Shown piece after piece: positions 27,001-41,000 of a stretch of 64,000 nucleotides of DNA. The DNA is from Eledone cirrhosa (lineage: Eukaryota): positions 48,086-112,085 of the forward strand of contig CAXHJY010001175.1 in assembly GCA_964016885.1 (NCBI GenBank), written 5' to 3'. The stretch's first letter is position 1. Every line of letters starts with the position of its first letter. Position numbers and translations under genes: made by a program. Under the pieces are notes generated by a model that was not told the DNA's origin, did not search any database, and worked only from the letters and a program-made list of their open reading frames with translations.

Positions 27001-30000
27001 GATTGAAAAGGTAACTCCGCCGGCAAATCGTCATTTTTGGATTCGTTTTCTTCGAAGCACACCATTCGCCGGCGGACTTTGTTGACGTTTAACACGGTTT
27101 GGTTCCACAGCCACAACTATTGATTTTATGGAGATATCTTGCTGAAATTCACGCCGCACATAGCCAATGAGTGTCTGCACATGTACCAGTAATTACAGAT
27201 CGATCCGACCACGGGCGGCCGGTCCGCGATTGAAAAGGTAACTCCGCCGGCAAATCGTCATTTTTGGATTCGTTTTCTTCGAAGCACACCATTCGCCGGC
27301 GGACTTTGTTGACGTTTAACACGGTTTGGTTCCACAGCCACAACTATTGAATTCACGGAGATATCTTGCTGAAATTCACGCCACACATAGCCAATGAGTG
27401 TCTGCACATGTACCAGTAATTACAGATCGATCCGACCACGGGCGGCCGGCCCGCGATTGAAAAGGTAACTCCGCCGGCAAATCGTCATTTTTGGATTCGT
27501 TTTCTTCGAAGCACACCATTCGCCGGCGGACTTTGTTGACGTTTAACACGGTTTGGTTCCACAGCCACAACTATTGATTTTACGGAGATATCTTGCTGAA
27601 ATTCACGCCGCACATAGCCAATGAGTGTCTGCACATGTACCAGTAATTACAGATCGATCTGACCACGGGCGGCCGGCCCGCGATTGAAAAGGTAACTCCG
27701 CCGGCAAATCGTCATTTTTGGATTCGTTTTCTTCGAAGCACACCATTCGCCGGCGGACTTTGTTGACGTTTAACACGGTTTGGTTCCACAGCCACAACTA
27801 TTGATTTTACGGAGATATCTTGCTGAAATTCACGCCGCACATAGCCAATGAGTGTCTGCACATGTACCAGTAATTACAGATCTATCCGACCACGGGCGGC
27901 CGGCCCGCGATTGAAAAGGTAACTCCGCCGGCAAATCGTCATTTTTGGATTCGTTTTCTTCGAAGCACACCATTCGCCGGCGGACTTTGTTGACGTTTAA
28001 CACGGTTTGGTTCCACAGCCACAACTATTGATTTTACGGAGATATCTTGCTGAAATTCACGCCGCACATAGCCAATGAGTGTCTGCACATGTACCAGTAA
28101 TTACAGATCGATCCGACCACGGGCGGCCGGTCCGCGATTGAAAAGGTAACTCCGCCGGCAAATCGTCATTTTTGGATTCGTTTTCTTCGAAGCACACCAT
28201 TCGCCGGCGGACTTTGTTGACGTTTAACACGGTTTGGTTCCACAGCCACAACTATTGAATTCACGGAGATATCTTGCTGAAATTCACGCCACACATAGCC
28301 AATGAGTGTCTGCACATGTACCAGTAATTACAGATCGATCCGACCACGGGCGGCCGGCCCGCGATTGAAAAGGTAACTCCGCCGGCAAATCGTCATTTTT
28401 GGATTCGTTTTCTTCGAAGCACACCATTCGCCGGCGGACTTTGTTGACGTTTAACACGGTTTGGTTCCACAGCCACAACTATTGATTTTACGGAGATATC
28501 TTGCTGAAATTCACGCCGCACATAGCCAATGGGTGTCTGCACATGTACCAGTAATTACAGATCGATCCGACCACGGGCGGCCGGCCCGCGATTGAAAAGG
28601 TAACTCCGCCGGCAAATCGTCATTTTTGGATTCGTTTTCTTCGAAGCACACCATTCGCCGGCGGACTTTGTTGACGTTTAACACGGTTTGGTTCCACAGC
28701 CACAACTATTGATTTTACGGAGATATCTTGCTGAAATTCACGCCGCACATAGCCAATGAGTGTCTGCACATGTACCAGTAATTACAGATCGATCTGACCA
28801 CGGGCGGCCGGCCCGCGATTGAAAAGGTAACTCCGCCGGCAAATCGTCATTTTTGGATTCGTTTTCTTCGAAGCACACCATTCGCCGGCGGACTTTGTTG
28901 ACGTTTAACACGGTTTGGTTCCACAGCCACAACTATTGATTTTACGGAGATATCTTGCTGAAATTCACGCCGCACATAGCCAATGAGTGTCTGCACATGT
29001 ACCAGTAATTACAGATCTATCCGACCACGGGCGGCCGGCCCGCGATTGAAAAGGTAACTCCGCCGGCAAATCGTCATTTTTGGATTCGTTTTCTTCGAAG
29101 CACACCATTCGCCGGCGGACTTTGTTGACGTTTAACACGGTTTGGTTCCACAGCCACAACTATTGATTTTACGGAGATATCTTGCTGAAATTCACGCCGC
29201 ACATAGCCAATGAGTGTCTGCACATGTACCAGTAATTACAGATCGATCCGACCACGGGCGGCCGGTCCGCGATTGAAAAGGTAACTCCGCCGGCAAATCG
29301 TCATTTTTGGATTCGTTTTCTTCGAAGCACACCATTCGCCGGCGGACTTTGTTGACGTTTAACACGGTTTGGTTCCACAGCCACAACTATTGAATTCACG
29401 GAGATATCTTGCTGAAATTCACGCCACACATAGCCAATGAGTGTCTGCACATGTACCAGTAATTACAGATCGATCCGACCACGGGCGGCCGGCCCGCGAT
29501 TGAAAAGGTAACTCCGCCGGCAAATCGTCATTTTTGGATTCGTTTTCTTCGAAGCACACCATTCGCCGGCGGACTTTGTTGACGTTTAACACGGTTTGGT
29601 TCCACAGCCACAACTATTGATTTTACGGAGATATCTTGCTGAAATTCACGCCACACATAGCCAATGAGTGTCTGCACATCTACCAGTAATTACAGATCGA
29701 TCCGACCACGGGCGGCCGGCCCGCGATTGAAAAGGTAACTCCGCCGGCAAATCGTCATTTTTGGATTCGTTTTCTTCGAAGCACACCATTCGCCGGCGGA
29801 CTTTGTTGACGTTTAACACGGTTTGGTTCCACAGCCACAACTATTGATTTTACGGAGATATCTTGCTGAAATTCACGCCGCACATAGCCAATGAGTGTCT
29901 GCACATGTACCAGTAATTACAGATCGATCCGACCACGGGCGGCCGGCCCGCGATTGAAAAGGTAACTCCGCCGGCAAATCGTCATTTTTGGATTCGTTTT

Positions 30001-33000
30001 CTTCGAAGCACACCATTCGCCGGCGGACTTTGTTGACGTTTAACACGGTTTGGTTCCACAGCCACAACTATTGATTTTACGGAGATATCTTGCTGAAATT
30101 CACGCCGCACATAGCCAATGAGTGTCTGCACATGTACCAGTAATTACAGATCGATCCGACCACGGGCGGCCGGTCCGCGATTGAAAAGGTAACTCCGCCG
30201 GCAAATCGTCATTTTTGGATTCGTTTTCTTCGAAGCACACCATTCGCCGGCGGACTTTGTTGACGTTTAACACGGTTTGGTTCCACAGCCACAACTATTG
30301 ATTTTACGGAGATATCTTGCTGAAATTCACGCCGCACATAGCCAATGAGTGTCTGCACATGTACCAGTAATTACAGATCGATCCGACCACGGGCGGCCGG
30401 CCCGCGATTGAAAAGGTAACTCCGCCGGCAAATCGTCATTTTTGGATTCGTTTTCTTCGAAGCACACCATTCGCCGGCGGACTTTGTTGACGTTTAACAC
30501 GGTTTGGTTCCACAGCCACAACTATTGATTTTACGGAGATATCTTGCTGAAATTCACGCCACACATAGCCAATGAGTGTCTGCACATGTACCAGTAATTA
30601 CAGATCGATCCGACCACGGGCGGCCGGCCCGCGATTAAAAAGGTAACTCCGCCGGCAAATCGTCATTTTTGGATTCGTTTTCTTCGAAGCACACCATTCG
30701 CCGGCGGACTTTGTTGACGTTTAACACGGTTTGGTTCCACAGCCACAACTATTGAATTTACGGAGATATCTTGCTGAAATTCACGCCACACATAGCCAAT
30801 GAGTGTCTGCACATGTACCAGTAATTACAGATCGATCCGACCACGGGCGGCCGGCCCGCGATTGAAAAGGTAACTCCGCCGGCAAATCGTCATTTTTGGA
30901 TTCGTTTTCTTCGAAGCACACCATTCGCCGGCGGACTTTGTTGACGTTTAACACGGTTTGGTTCCACAGCCACAACTATTGATTTTACGGAGATATCTTG
31001 CTGAAATTCACGCCGCACATAGCCAATGAGTGTCTGCACATGTACCAGTAATTACAGATCGATCCGACCACGGGCGGCCGGCCCGCGATTGAAAAGGTAA
31101 CTCCGCCGGCAAATCGTCATTTTTGGATTCGTTTTCTTCGAAGCACACCATTCGCCGGCGGACTTTGTTGACGTTTAACACGGTTTGGTTCCACAGCCAC
31201 AACTATTGATTTTACGGAGATATCTTGCTGAAATTCACGCCGCACATAGCCAATGAGTGTCTGCACATGTACCAGTAATTACAGATCGATCCGACCACGG
31301 GCGGCCGGCCCGCGATTGAAAAGGTAACTCCGCCGGCAAATCGTCATTTTTGGATTCGTTTTCTTCGAAGCACACCATTCGCCGGCGGACTTTGTTGACG
31401 TTTAACACGGTTTGGTTCCACAGCCACAACTATTGATTTTACGGAGATATCTTGCTGAAATTCACGCCGCACATAGCCAATGAGTGTCTGCACATGTACC
31501 AGTAATTACAGATCGATCCGACCACGGGCGGCCGGCCCGCGATTGAAAAGGTAACTCCGCCGGCAAATCGTCATTTTTGGATTCGTTTTCTTCGAAGCAC
31601 ACCATTCGCCGGCGGACTTTGTTGACGTTTAACACGGTTTGGTTCCACAGCCACAACTATTGATTTTACGGAGATATCTTGCTGAAATTCACGCCACACA
31701 TAGCCAATGAGTGTCTGCACATGTACCAGTAATTACAGATCGATCCGACCACGGGCGGCCGGTCCGCGATTGAAAAGGTAACTCCGCCGGCAAATCGTCA
31801 TTTTTGGATTCGTTTTCTTCGAAGCACACCATTCGCCGGCGGACTTTGTTGACGTTTAACACGGTTTGGTTCCACAGCCACAACTATTGATTTTACGGAG
31901 ATATCTTGCTGAAATTCACGCCGCACATAGCCAATGAGTGTCTGCACATGTACCAGTAATTACAGATCGATCTGACCACGGGCGGCCGGCCCGCGATTGA
32001 AAAGGTAACTCCGCCGGCAAATCGTCATTTTTGGATTCGTTTTCTTCGAAGCACACCATTCGCCGGCGGACTTTGTTGACGTTTAACACGGTTTGGTTCC
32101 ACAGCCACAACTATTGATTTTACGGAGATATCTTGCTGAAATTCACGCCGCACATAGCCAATGAGTGTCTGCACATGTACCAGTAATTACAGATCTATCC
32201 GACCACGGGCGGCCGGCCCGCGATTGAAAAGGTAACTCCGCCGGCAAATCGTCATTTTTGGATTCGTTTTCTTCGAAGCACACCATTCGCCGGCGGACTT
32301 TGTTGACGTTTAACACGGTTTGGTTCCACAGCCACAACTATTGATTTTACGGAGATATCTTGCTGAAATTCACGCCGCACATAGCCAATGAGTGTCTGCA
32401 CATGTACCAGTAATTACAGATCGATCCGACCACGGGCGGCCGGCCCGCGATTGAAAAGGTAACTCCGCCGGCAAATCGTCATTTTTGGATTCGTTTTCTT
32501 CGAAGCACACCATTCGCCGGCGGACTTTGTTGACGTTTAACACGGTTTGGTTCCACAGCCACAACTATTGAATTCACGGAGATATCTTGCTGAAATTCAC
32601 GCCACACATAGCCAATGAGTGTCTGCACATGTACCAGTAATTACAGATCGATCCGACCACGGGCGGCCGGCCCGCGATTGAAAAGGTAACTCCGCCGGCA
32701 AATCGTCATTTTTGGATTCGTTTTCTTCGAAGCACACCATTCGCCGGCGGACTTTGTTGACGTTTAACACGGTTTGGTTCCACAGCCACAACTATTGATT
32801 TTACGGAGATATCTTGCTGAAATTCACGCCGCACATAGCCAATGAGTGTCTGCACATGTACCAGTAATTACAGATCGATCCGACCACGGGCGGCCGGCCC
32901 GCGATTGAAAAGGTAACTCCGCCGGCAAATCGTCATTTTTGGATTCGTTTTCTTCGAAGCACACCATTCGCCGGCGGACTTTGTTGACGTTTAACACGGT

Positions 33001-36000
33001 TTGGTTCCACAGCCACAACTATTGATTTTACGGAGATATCTTGCTGAAATTCACGCCGCACATAGCCAATGGGTGTCTGCACATGTACCAGTAATTACAG
33101 ATCGATCCGACCACGGGCGGCCGGCCCGCGATTGAAAAGGTAACTCCGCCGGCAAATCGTCATTTTTGGATTCGTTTTCTTCGAAGCACACCATTCGCCG
33201 GCGGACATTGTTGACGTTTAACACGGTTTGGTTCCACAGCCACAACTATTGATTTTACGGAGATATCTTGCTGAAATTCACGCCACACATAGCCAATGAG
33301 TGTCTGCACATCTACCAGTAATTACAGATCGATCCGACCACGGGCGGCCGGCCCGCGATTGAAAAGGTAACTCCGCCGGCAAATCGTCATTTTTGGATTC
33401 GTTTTCTTCGAAGCACACCATTCGCCGGCGGACTTTGTTGACGTTTAACACGGTTTGGTTCCACAGCCACAACTATTGATTTTACGGAGATATCTTGCTG
33501 AAATTCACGCCGCACATAGCCAATGAGTGTCTGCACATGTACCAGTAATTACAGATCGATCCGACCACGGGCGGCCGGCCCGCGATTGAAAAGGTAACTC
33601 CGCCGGCAAATCGTCATTTTTGGATTCGTTTTCTTCGAAGCACACCATTCGCCGGCGGACTTTGTTGACGTTTAACACGGTTTGGTTCCACAGCCACAAC
33701 TATTGATTTTACGGAGATATCTTGCTGAAATTCACGCCGCACATAGCCAATGAGTGTCTGCACATGTACCAGTAATTACAGATCGATCCGACCACGGGCG
33801 GCCGGCCCGCGATTGAAAAGGTAACTCCGCCGGCAAATCGTCATTTTTGGATTCGTTTTCTTCGAAGCACACCATTCGCCGGCGGACTTTGTTGACGTTT
33901 AACACGGTTTGGTTCCACAGCCACAACTATTGATTTTACGGAGATATCTTGCTGAAATTCACGCCGCACATAGCCAATGAGTGTCTGCACATGTACCAGT
34001 AATTACAGATCGATCCGACCACGGGCGGCCGGCCCGCGATTGAAAAGGTAACTCCGCCGGCAAATCGTCATTTTTGGATTCGTTTTCTTCGAAGCACACC
34101 ATTCGCCGGCGGACTTTGTTGACGTTTAACACGGTTTGGTTCCACAGCCACAACTATTGATTTTACGGAGATATCTTGCTGAAATTCACGCCACACATAG
34201 CCAATGAGTGTCTGCACATGTACCAGTAATTACAGATCGATCTGACCACGGGCGGCCGGCCCGCGATTGAAAAGGTAACTCCGCCGGCAAATCGTCATTT
34301 TTGGATTCGTTTTCTTCGAAGCACACCATTCGCCGGCGGACTTTGTTGACGTTTAACACGGTTTGGTTCCACAGCCACAACTATTGATTTTACGGAGATA
34401 TCTTGCTGAAATTCACGCCGCACATAGCCAATGAGTGTCTGCACATGTACCAGTAATTACAGATCGATCCGACCACGGGCGGCCGGCCCGCGATTGAAAA
34501 GGTAACTCCGCCGGCAAATCGTCATTTTTGGATTCGTTTTCTTCGAAGCACACCATTCGCCGGCGGACTTTGTTGACGTTTAACACGGTTTGGTTCCACA
34601 GCCACAACTATTGATTTTACGGAGATATCTTGCTGAAATTCACGCCGCACATAGCCAATGAGTGTCTGCACATGTACCAGTAATTACAGATCGATCCGAC
34701 CACGGGCGGCCGGCCCGCGATTGAAAAGGTAACTCCGCCGGCAAATCGTCATTTTTGGATTCGTTTTCTTCGAAGCACACCATTCGCCGGCGGACATTGT
34801 TGACGTTTAACACGGTTTGGTTCCACAGCCACAACTATTGATTTTACGGAGATATCTTGCTGAAATTCACGCCACACATAGCCAATGAGTGTCTGCACAT
34901 GTACCAGTAATTACAGATCGATCCGACCACGGGCGGCCGGCCCGCGATTGAAAAGGTAACTCCGCCGGCAAATCGTCATTTTTGGATTCGTTTTCTTCGA
35001 AGCACACCATTCGCCGGCGGACTTTGTTGACGTTTAACACGGTTTGGTTCCACAGCCACAACTATTGAATTTACGGAGATATCTTGCTGAAATTCACGCC
35101 ACACATAGCCAATGAGTGTCTGCACATGTACCAGTAATTACAGATCGATCCGACCACGGGCGGCCGGCCCGCGATTGAAAAGGTAACTCCGCCGGCAAAT
35201 CGTCATTTTTGGATTCGTTTTCTTCGAAGCACACCATTCGCCGGCGGACTTTGTTGACGTTTAACACGGTTTGGTTCCACAGCCACAACTATTGATTTTA
35301 CGGAGATATCTTGCTGAAATTCACGCCGCACATAGCCAATGAGTGTCTGCACATGTACCAGTAATTACAGATCGATCCGACCACGGGCGGCCGGCCCGCG
35401 ATTGAAAAGGTAACTCCGCCGGCAAATCGTCATTTTTGGATTCGTTTTCTTCGAAGCACACCATTCGCCGGCGGACTTTGTTGACGTTTAACACGGTTTG
35501 GTTCCACAGCCACAACTATTGATTTTACGGAGATATCTTGCTGAAATTCACGCCGCACATAGCCAATGAGTGTCTGCACATGTACCAGTAATTACAGATC
35601 GATCTGACCACGGGCGGCCGGCCCGCGATTGAAAAGGTAACTCCGCCGGCAAATCGTCATTTTTGGATTCGTTTTCTTCGAAGCACACCATTCGCCGGCG
35701 GACTTTGTTGACGTTTAACACGGTTTGGTTCCACAGCCACAACTATTGATTTTACGGAGATATCTTGCTGAAATTCACGCCGCACATAGCCAATGAGTGT
35801 CTGCACATGTACCAGTAATTACAGATCGATCCGACCACGGGCGGCCGGCCCGCGATTGAAAAGGTAACTCCGCCGGCAAATCGTCATTTTTGGATTCGTT
35901 TTCTTCGAAGCACACCATTCGCCGGCGGACTTTGTTGACGTTTAACACGGTTTGGTTCCACAGCCACAACTATTGATTTTACGGAGATATCTTGCTGAAA

Positions 36001-38012
36001 TTCACGCCGCACATAGCCAATGAGTGTCTGCACATGTACCAGTAATTACAGATCGATCCGACCACGGGCGGCCGGCCCGCGATTGAAAAGGTAACTCCGC
36101 CGGCAAATCGTCATTTTTGGATTCGTTTTCTTCGAAGCACACCATTCGCCGGCGGACATTGTTGACGTTTAACACGGTTTGGTTCCACAGCCACAACTAT
36201 TGATTTTACGGAGATATCTTGCTGAAATTCACGCCACACATAGCCAATGAGTGTCTGCACATGTACCAGTAATTACAGATCGATCCGACCACGGGCGGCC
36301 GGCCCGCGATTGAAAAGGTAACTCCGCCGGCAAATCGTCATTTTTGGATTCGTTTTCTTCGAAGCACACCATTCGCCGGCGGACTTTGTTGACGTTTAAC
36401 ACGGTTTGGTTCCACAGCCACAACTATTGAATTTACGGAGATATCTTGCTGAAATTCACGCCACACATAGCCAATGAGTGTCTACACATGTACCAGTAAT
36501 TACAGATCGATCCGACCACGGGCGGCCGGCCCGCGATTGAAAAGGTAACTCCGCCGGCAAATCGTCATTTTTGGATTCGTTTTCTTCGAAGCACACCATT
36601 CGCCGGCGGACTTTGTTGACGTTTAACACGGTTTGGTTCCACAGCCACAACTATTGATTTTACGGAGATATCTTGCTGAAATTCACGCCGCACATAGCCA
36701 ATGAGTGTCTGCACATGTACCAGTAATTACAGATCGATCCGACCACGGGCGGCCGGCCCGCGATTGAAAAGGTAACTCCGCCGGCAAATCGTCATTTTTG
36801 GATTCGTTTTCTTCGAAGCACACCATTCGCCGGCGGACTTTGTTGACGTTTAACACGGTTTGGTTCCACAGCCACAACTATTGATTTTACGGAGATATCT
36901 TGCTGAAATTCACGCCGCACATAGCCAATGAGTGTCTGCACATGTACCAGTAATTACAGATCGATCCGACCACGGGCGGCCGGCCCGCGATTGAAAAGGT
37001 AACTCCGCCGGCAAATCGTCATTTTTGGATTCGTTTTCTTCGAAGCACACCATTCGCCGGCGGACTTTGTTGACGTTTAACACGGTTTGGTTCCACAGCC
37101 ACAACTATTGATTTTACGGAGATATCTTGCTGAAATTCACGCCACACATAGCCAATGAGTGTCTGCACATGTACCAGTAATTACAGATCGATCTGACCAC
37201 GGGCGGCCGGCCCGCGATTGAAAAGGTAACTCCGCCGGCAAATCGTCATTTTTGGATTCGTTTTCTTCGAAGCACACCATTCGCCGGCGGACTTTGTTGA
37301 CGTTTAACACGGTTTGGTTCCACAGCCACAACTATTGATTTTACGGAGATATCTTGCTGAAATTCACGCCGCACATAGCCAATGAGTGTCTGCACATGTA
37401 CCAGTAATTACAGATCGATCCGACCACGGGCGGCCGGCCCGCGATTGAAAAGGTAACTCCGCCGGCAAATCGTCATTTTTGGATTCGTTTTCTTCGAAGC
37501 ACACCATTCGCCGGCGGACTTTGTTGACGTTTAACACGGTTTGGTTCCACAGCCACAACTATTGATTTTACGGAGATATCTTGCTGAAATTCACGCCGCA
37601 CATAGCCAATGAGTGTCTGCACATGTACCAGTAATTACAGATCGATCCGACCACGGGCGGCCGGCCCGCGATTGAAAAGGTAACTCCGCCGGCAAATCGT
37701 CATTTTTGGATTCGTTTTCTTCGAAGCACACCATTCGCCGGCGGACATTGTTGACGTTTAACACGGTTTGGTTCCACAGCCACAACTATTGATTTTACGG
37801 AGATATCTTGCTGAAATTCACGCCACACATAGCCAATGAGTGTCTGCACATGTACCAGTAATTACAGATCGATCCGACCACGGGCGGCCGGCCCGCGATT
37901 GAAAAGGTAACTCCGCCGGCAAATCGTCATTTTTGGATTCGTTTTCTTCGAAGCACACCATTCGCCGGCGGACTTTGTTGACGTTTAACACGGTTTGGTT
38001 CCACAGCCACAA

Positions 38013-41000
38013 CTATTGAATTTACGGAGATATCTTGCTGAAATTCACGCCACACATAGCCAATGAGTGTCTGCACATGTACCAGTAATTACAGATCGAT
38101 CCGACCACGGGCGGCCGGTCCGCGATTAAAAAGGTAACTCCGCCGGCAAATCGTCATTTTTGGATTCGTTTTCTTCGAAGCACACCATTCGCCGGCGGAC
38201 TTTGTTGACGTTTAACACGGTTTGGTTCCACAGCCACAACTATTGATTTTACGGAGATATCTTGCTGAAATTCACGCCGCACATAGCCAATGAGTGTCTG
38301 CACATGTACCAGTAATTACAGATCGATCCGACCACGGGCGGCCGGCCCGCGATTGAAAAGGTAACTCCGCCGGCAAATCGTCATTTTTGGATTCGTTTTC
38401 TTCGAAGCACACCATTCGCCGGCGGACATTGTTGACGTTTAACACGGTTTGGTTCCACAGCCACAACTATTGATTTTACGGAGATATCTTGCTGAAATTC
38501 ACGCCACACATAGCCAATGAGTGTCTGCACATGTACCAGTAATTACAGATCGATCCGACCACGGGCGGCCGGCCCGCGATTGAAAAGGTAACTCCGCCGG
38601 CAAATCGTCATTTTTGGATTCGTTTTCTTCGAAGCACACCATTCGCCGGCGGACTTTGTTGACGTTTAACACGGTTTGGTTCCACAGCCACAACTATTGA
38701 ATTTACGGAGATATCTTGCTGAAATTCACGCCACACATAGCCAATGAGTGTCTGCACATGTACCAGTAATTACAGATCGATCCGACCACGGGCGGCCGGC
38801 CCGCGATTGAAAAGGTAACTCCGCCGGCAAATCGTCATTTTTGGATTCGTTTTCTTCGAAGCACACCATTCGCCGGCGGACTTTGTTGACGTTTAACACG
38901 GTTTGGTTCCACAGCCACAACTATTGATTTTACGGAGATATCTTGCTGAAATTCACGCCGCACATAGCCAATGAGTGTCTGCACATGTACCAGTAATTAC
39001 AGATCGATCCGACCACGGGCGGCCGGCCCGCGATTGAAAAGGTAACTCCGCCGGCAAATCGTCATTTTTGGATTCGTTTTCTTCGAAGCACACCATTCGC
39101 CGGCGGACTTTGTTGACGTTTAACACGGTTTGGTTCCACAGCCACAACTATTGATTTTACGGAGATATCTTGCTGAAATTCACGCCGCACATAGCCAATG
39201 GGTGTCTGCACATGTACCAGTAATTACAGATCGATCCGACCACGGGCGGCCGGCCCGCGATTGAAAAGGTAACTCCGCCGGCAAATCGTCATTTTTGGAT
39301 TCGTTTTCTTCGAAGCACACCATTCGCCGGCGGACATTGTTGACGTTTAACACGGTTTGGTTCCACAGCCACAACTATTGATTTTACGGAGATATCTTGC
39401 TGAAATTCACGCCACACATAGCCAATGAGTGTCTGCACATCTACCAGTAATTACAGACCGATCCGACCACGGGCGGCCGGCCCGCGATTGAAAAGGTAAC
39501 TCCGCCGGCAAATCGTCATTTTTGGATTCGTTTTCTTCGAAGCACACCATTCGCCGGCGGACTTTGTTGACGTTTAACACGGTTTGGTTCCACAGCCACA
39601 ACTATTGATTTTACGGAGATATCTTGCTGAAATTCACGCCGCACATAGCCAATGAGTGTCTGCACATGTACCAGTAATTACAGATCGATCCGACCACGGG
39701 CGGCCGGCCCGCGATTGAAAAGGTAACTCCGCCGGCAAATCGTCATTTTTGGATTCGTTTTCTTCGAAGCACACCATTCGCCGGCGGACTTTGTTGACGT
39801 TTAACACGGTTTGGTTCCACAGCCACAACTATTGATTTTACGGAGATATCTTGCTGAAATTCACGCCGCACATAGCCAATGAGTGTCTGCACATGTACCA
39901 GTAATTACAGATCGATCCGACCACGGGCGGCCGGCCCGCGATTGAAAAGGTAACTCCGCCGGCAAATCGTCATTTTTGGATTCGTTTTCTTCGAAGCACA
40001 CCATTCGCCGGCGGACTTTGTTGACGTTTAACACGGTTTGGTTCCACAGCCACAACTATTGATTTTACGGAGATATCTTGCTGAAATTCACGCCGCACAT
40101 AGCCAATGAGTGTCTGCACATGTACCAGTAATTACAGATCGATCCGACCACGGGCGGCCGGCCCGCGATTGAAAAGGTAACTCCGCCGGCAAATCGTCAT
40201 TTTTGGATTCGTTTTCTTCGAAGCACACCATTCGCCGGCGGACTTTGTTGACGTTTAACACGGTTTGGTTCCACAGCCACAACTATTGATTTTACGGAGA
40301 TATCTTGCTGAAATTCACGCCACACATAGCCAATGAGTGTCTGCACATGTACCAGTAATTACAGATCGATCTGACCACGGGCGGCCGGCCCGCGATTGAA
40401 AAGGTAACTCCGCCGGCAAATCGTCATTTTTGGATTCGTTTTCTTCGAAGCACACCATTCGCCGGCGGACTTTGTTGACGTTTAACACGGTTTGGTTCCA
40501 CAGCCACAACTATTGAATTTACGGAGATATCTTGCTGAAATTCACGCCACACATAGCCAATGAGTGTCTGCACATGTACCAGTAATTACAGATCGATCCG
40601 ACCACGGGCGGCCGGTCCGCGATTAAAAAGGTAACTCCGCCGGCAAATCGTCATTTTTGGATTCGTTTTCTTCGAAGCACACCATTCGCCGGCGGACTTT
40701 GTTGACGTTTAACACGGTTTGGTTCCACAGCCACAACTATTGATTTTACGGAGATATCTTGCTGAAATTCACGCCGCACATAGCCAATGAGTGTCTGCAC
40801 ATGTACCAGTAATTACAGATCGATCCGACCACGGGCGGCCGGCCCGCGATTGAAAAGGTAACTCCGCCGGCAAATCGTCATTTTTGGATTCGTTTTCTTC
40901 GAAGCACACCATTCGCCGGCGGACATTGTTGACGTTTAACACGGTTTGGTTCCACAGCCACAACTATTGATTTTACGGAGATATCTTGCTGAAATTCACG

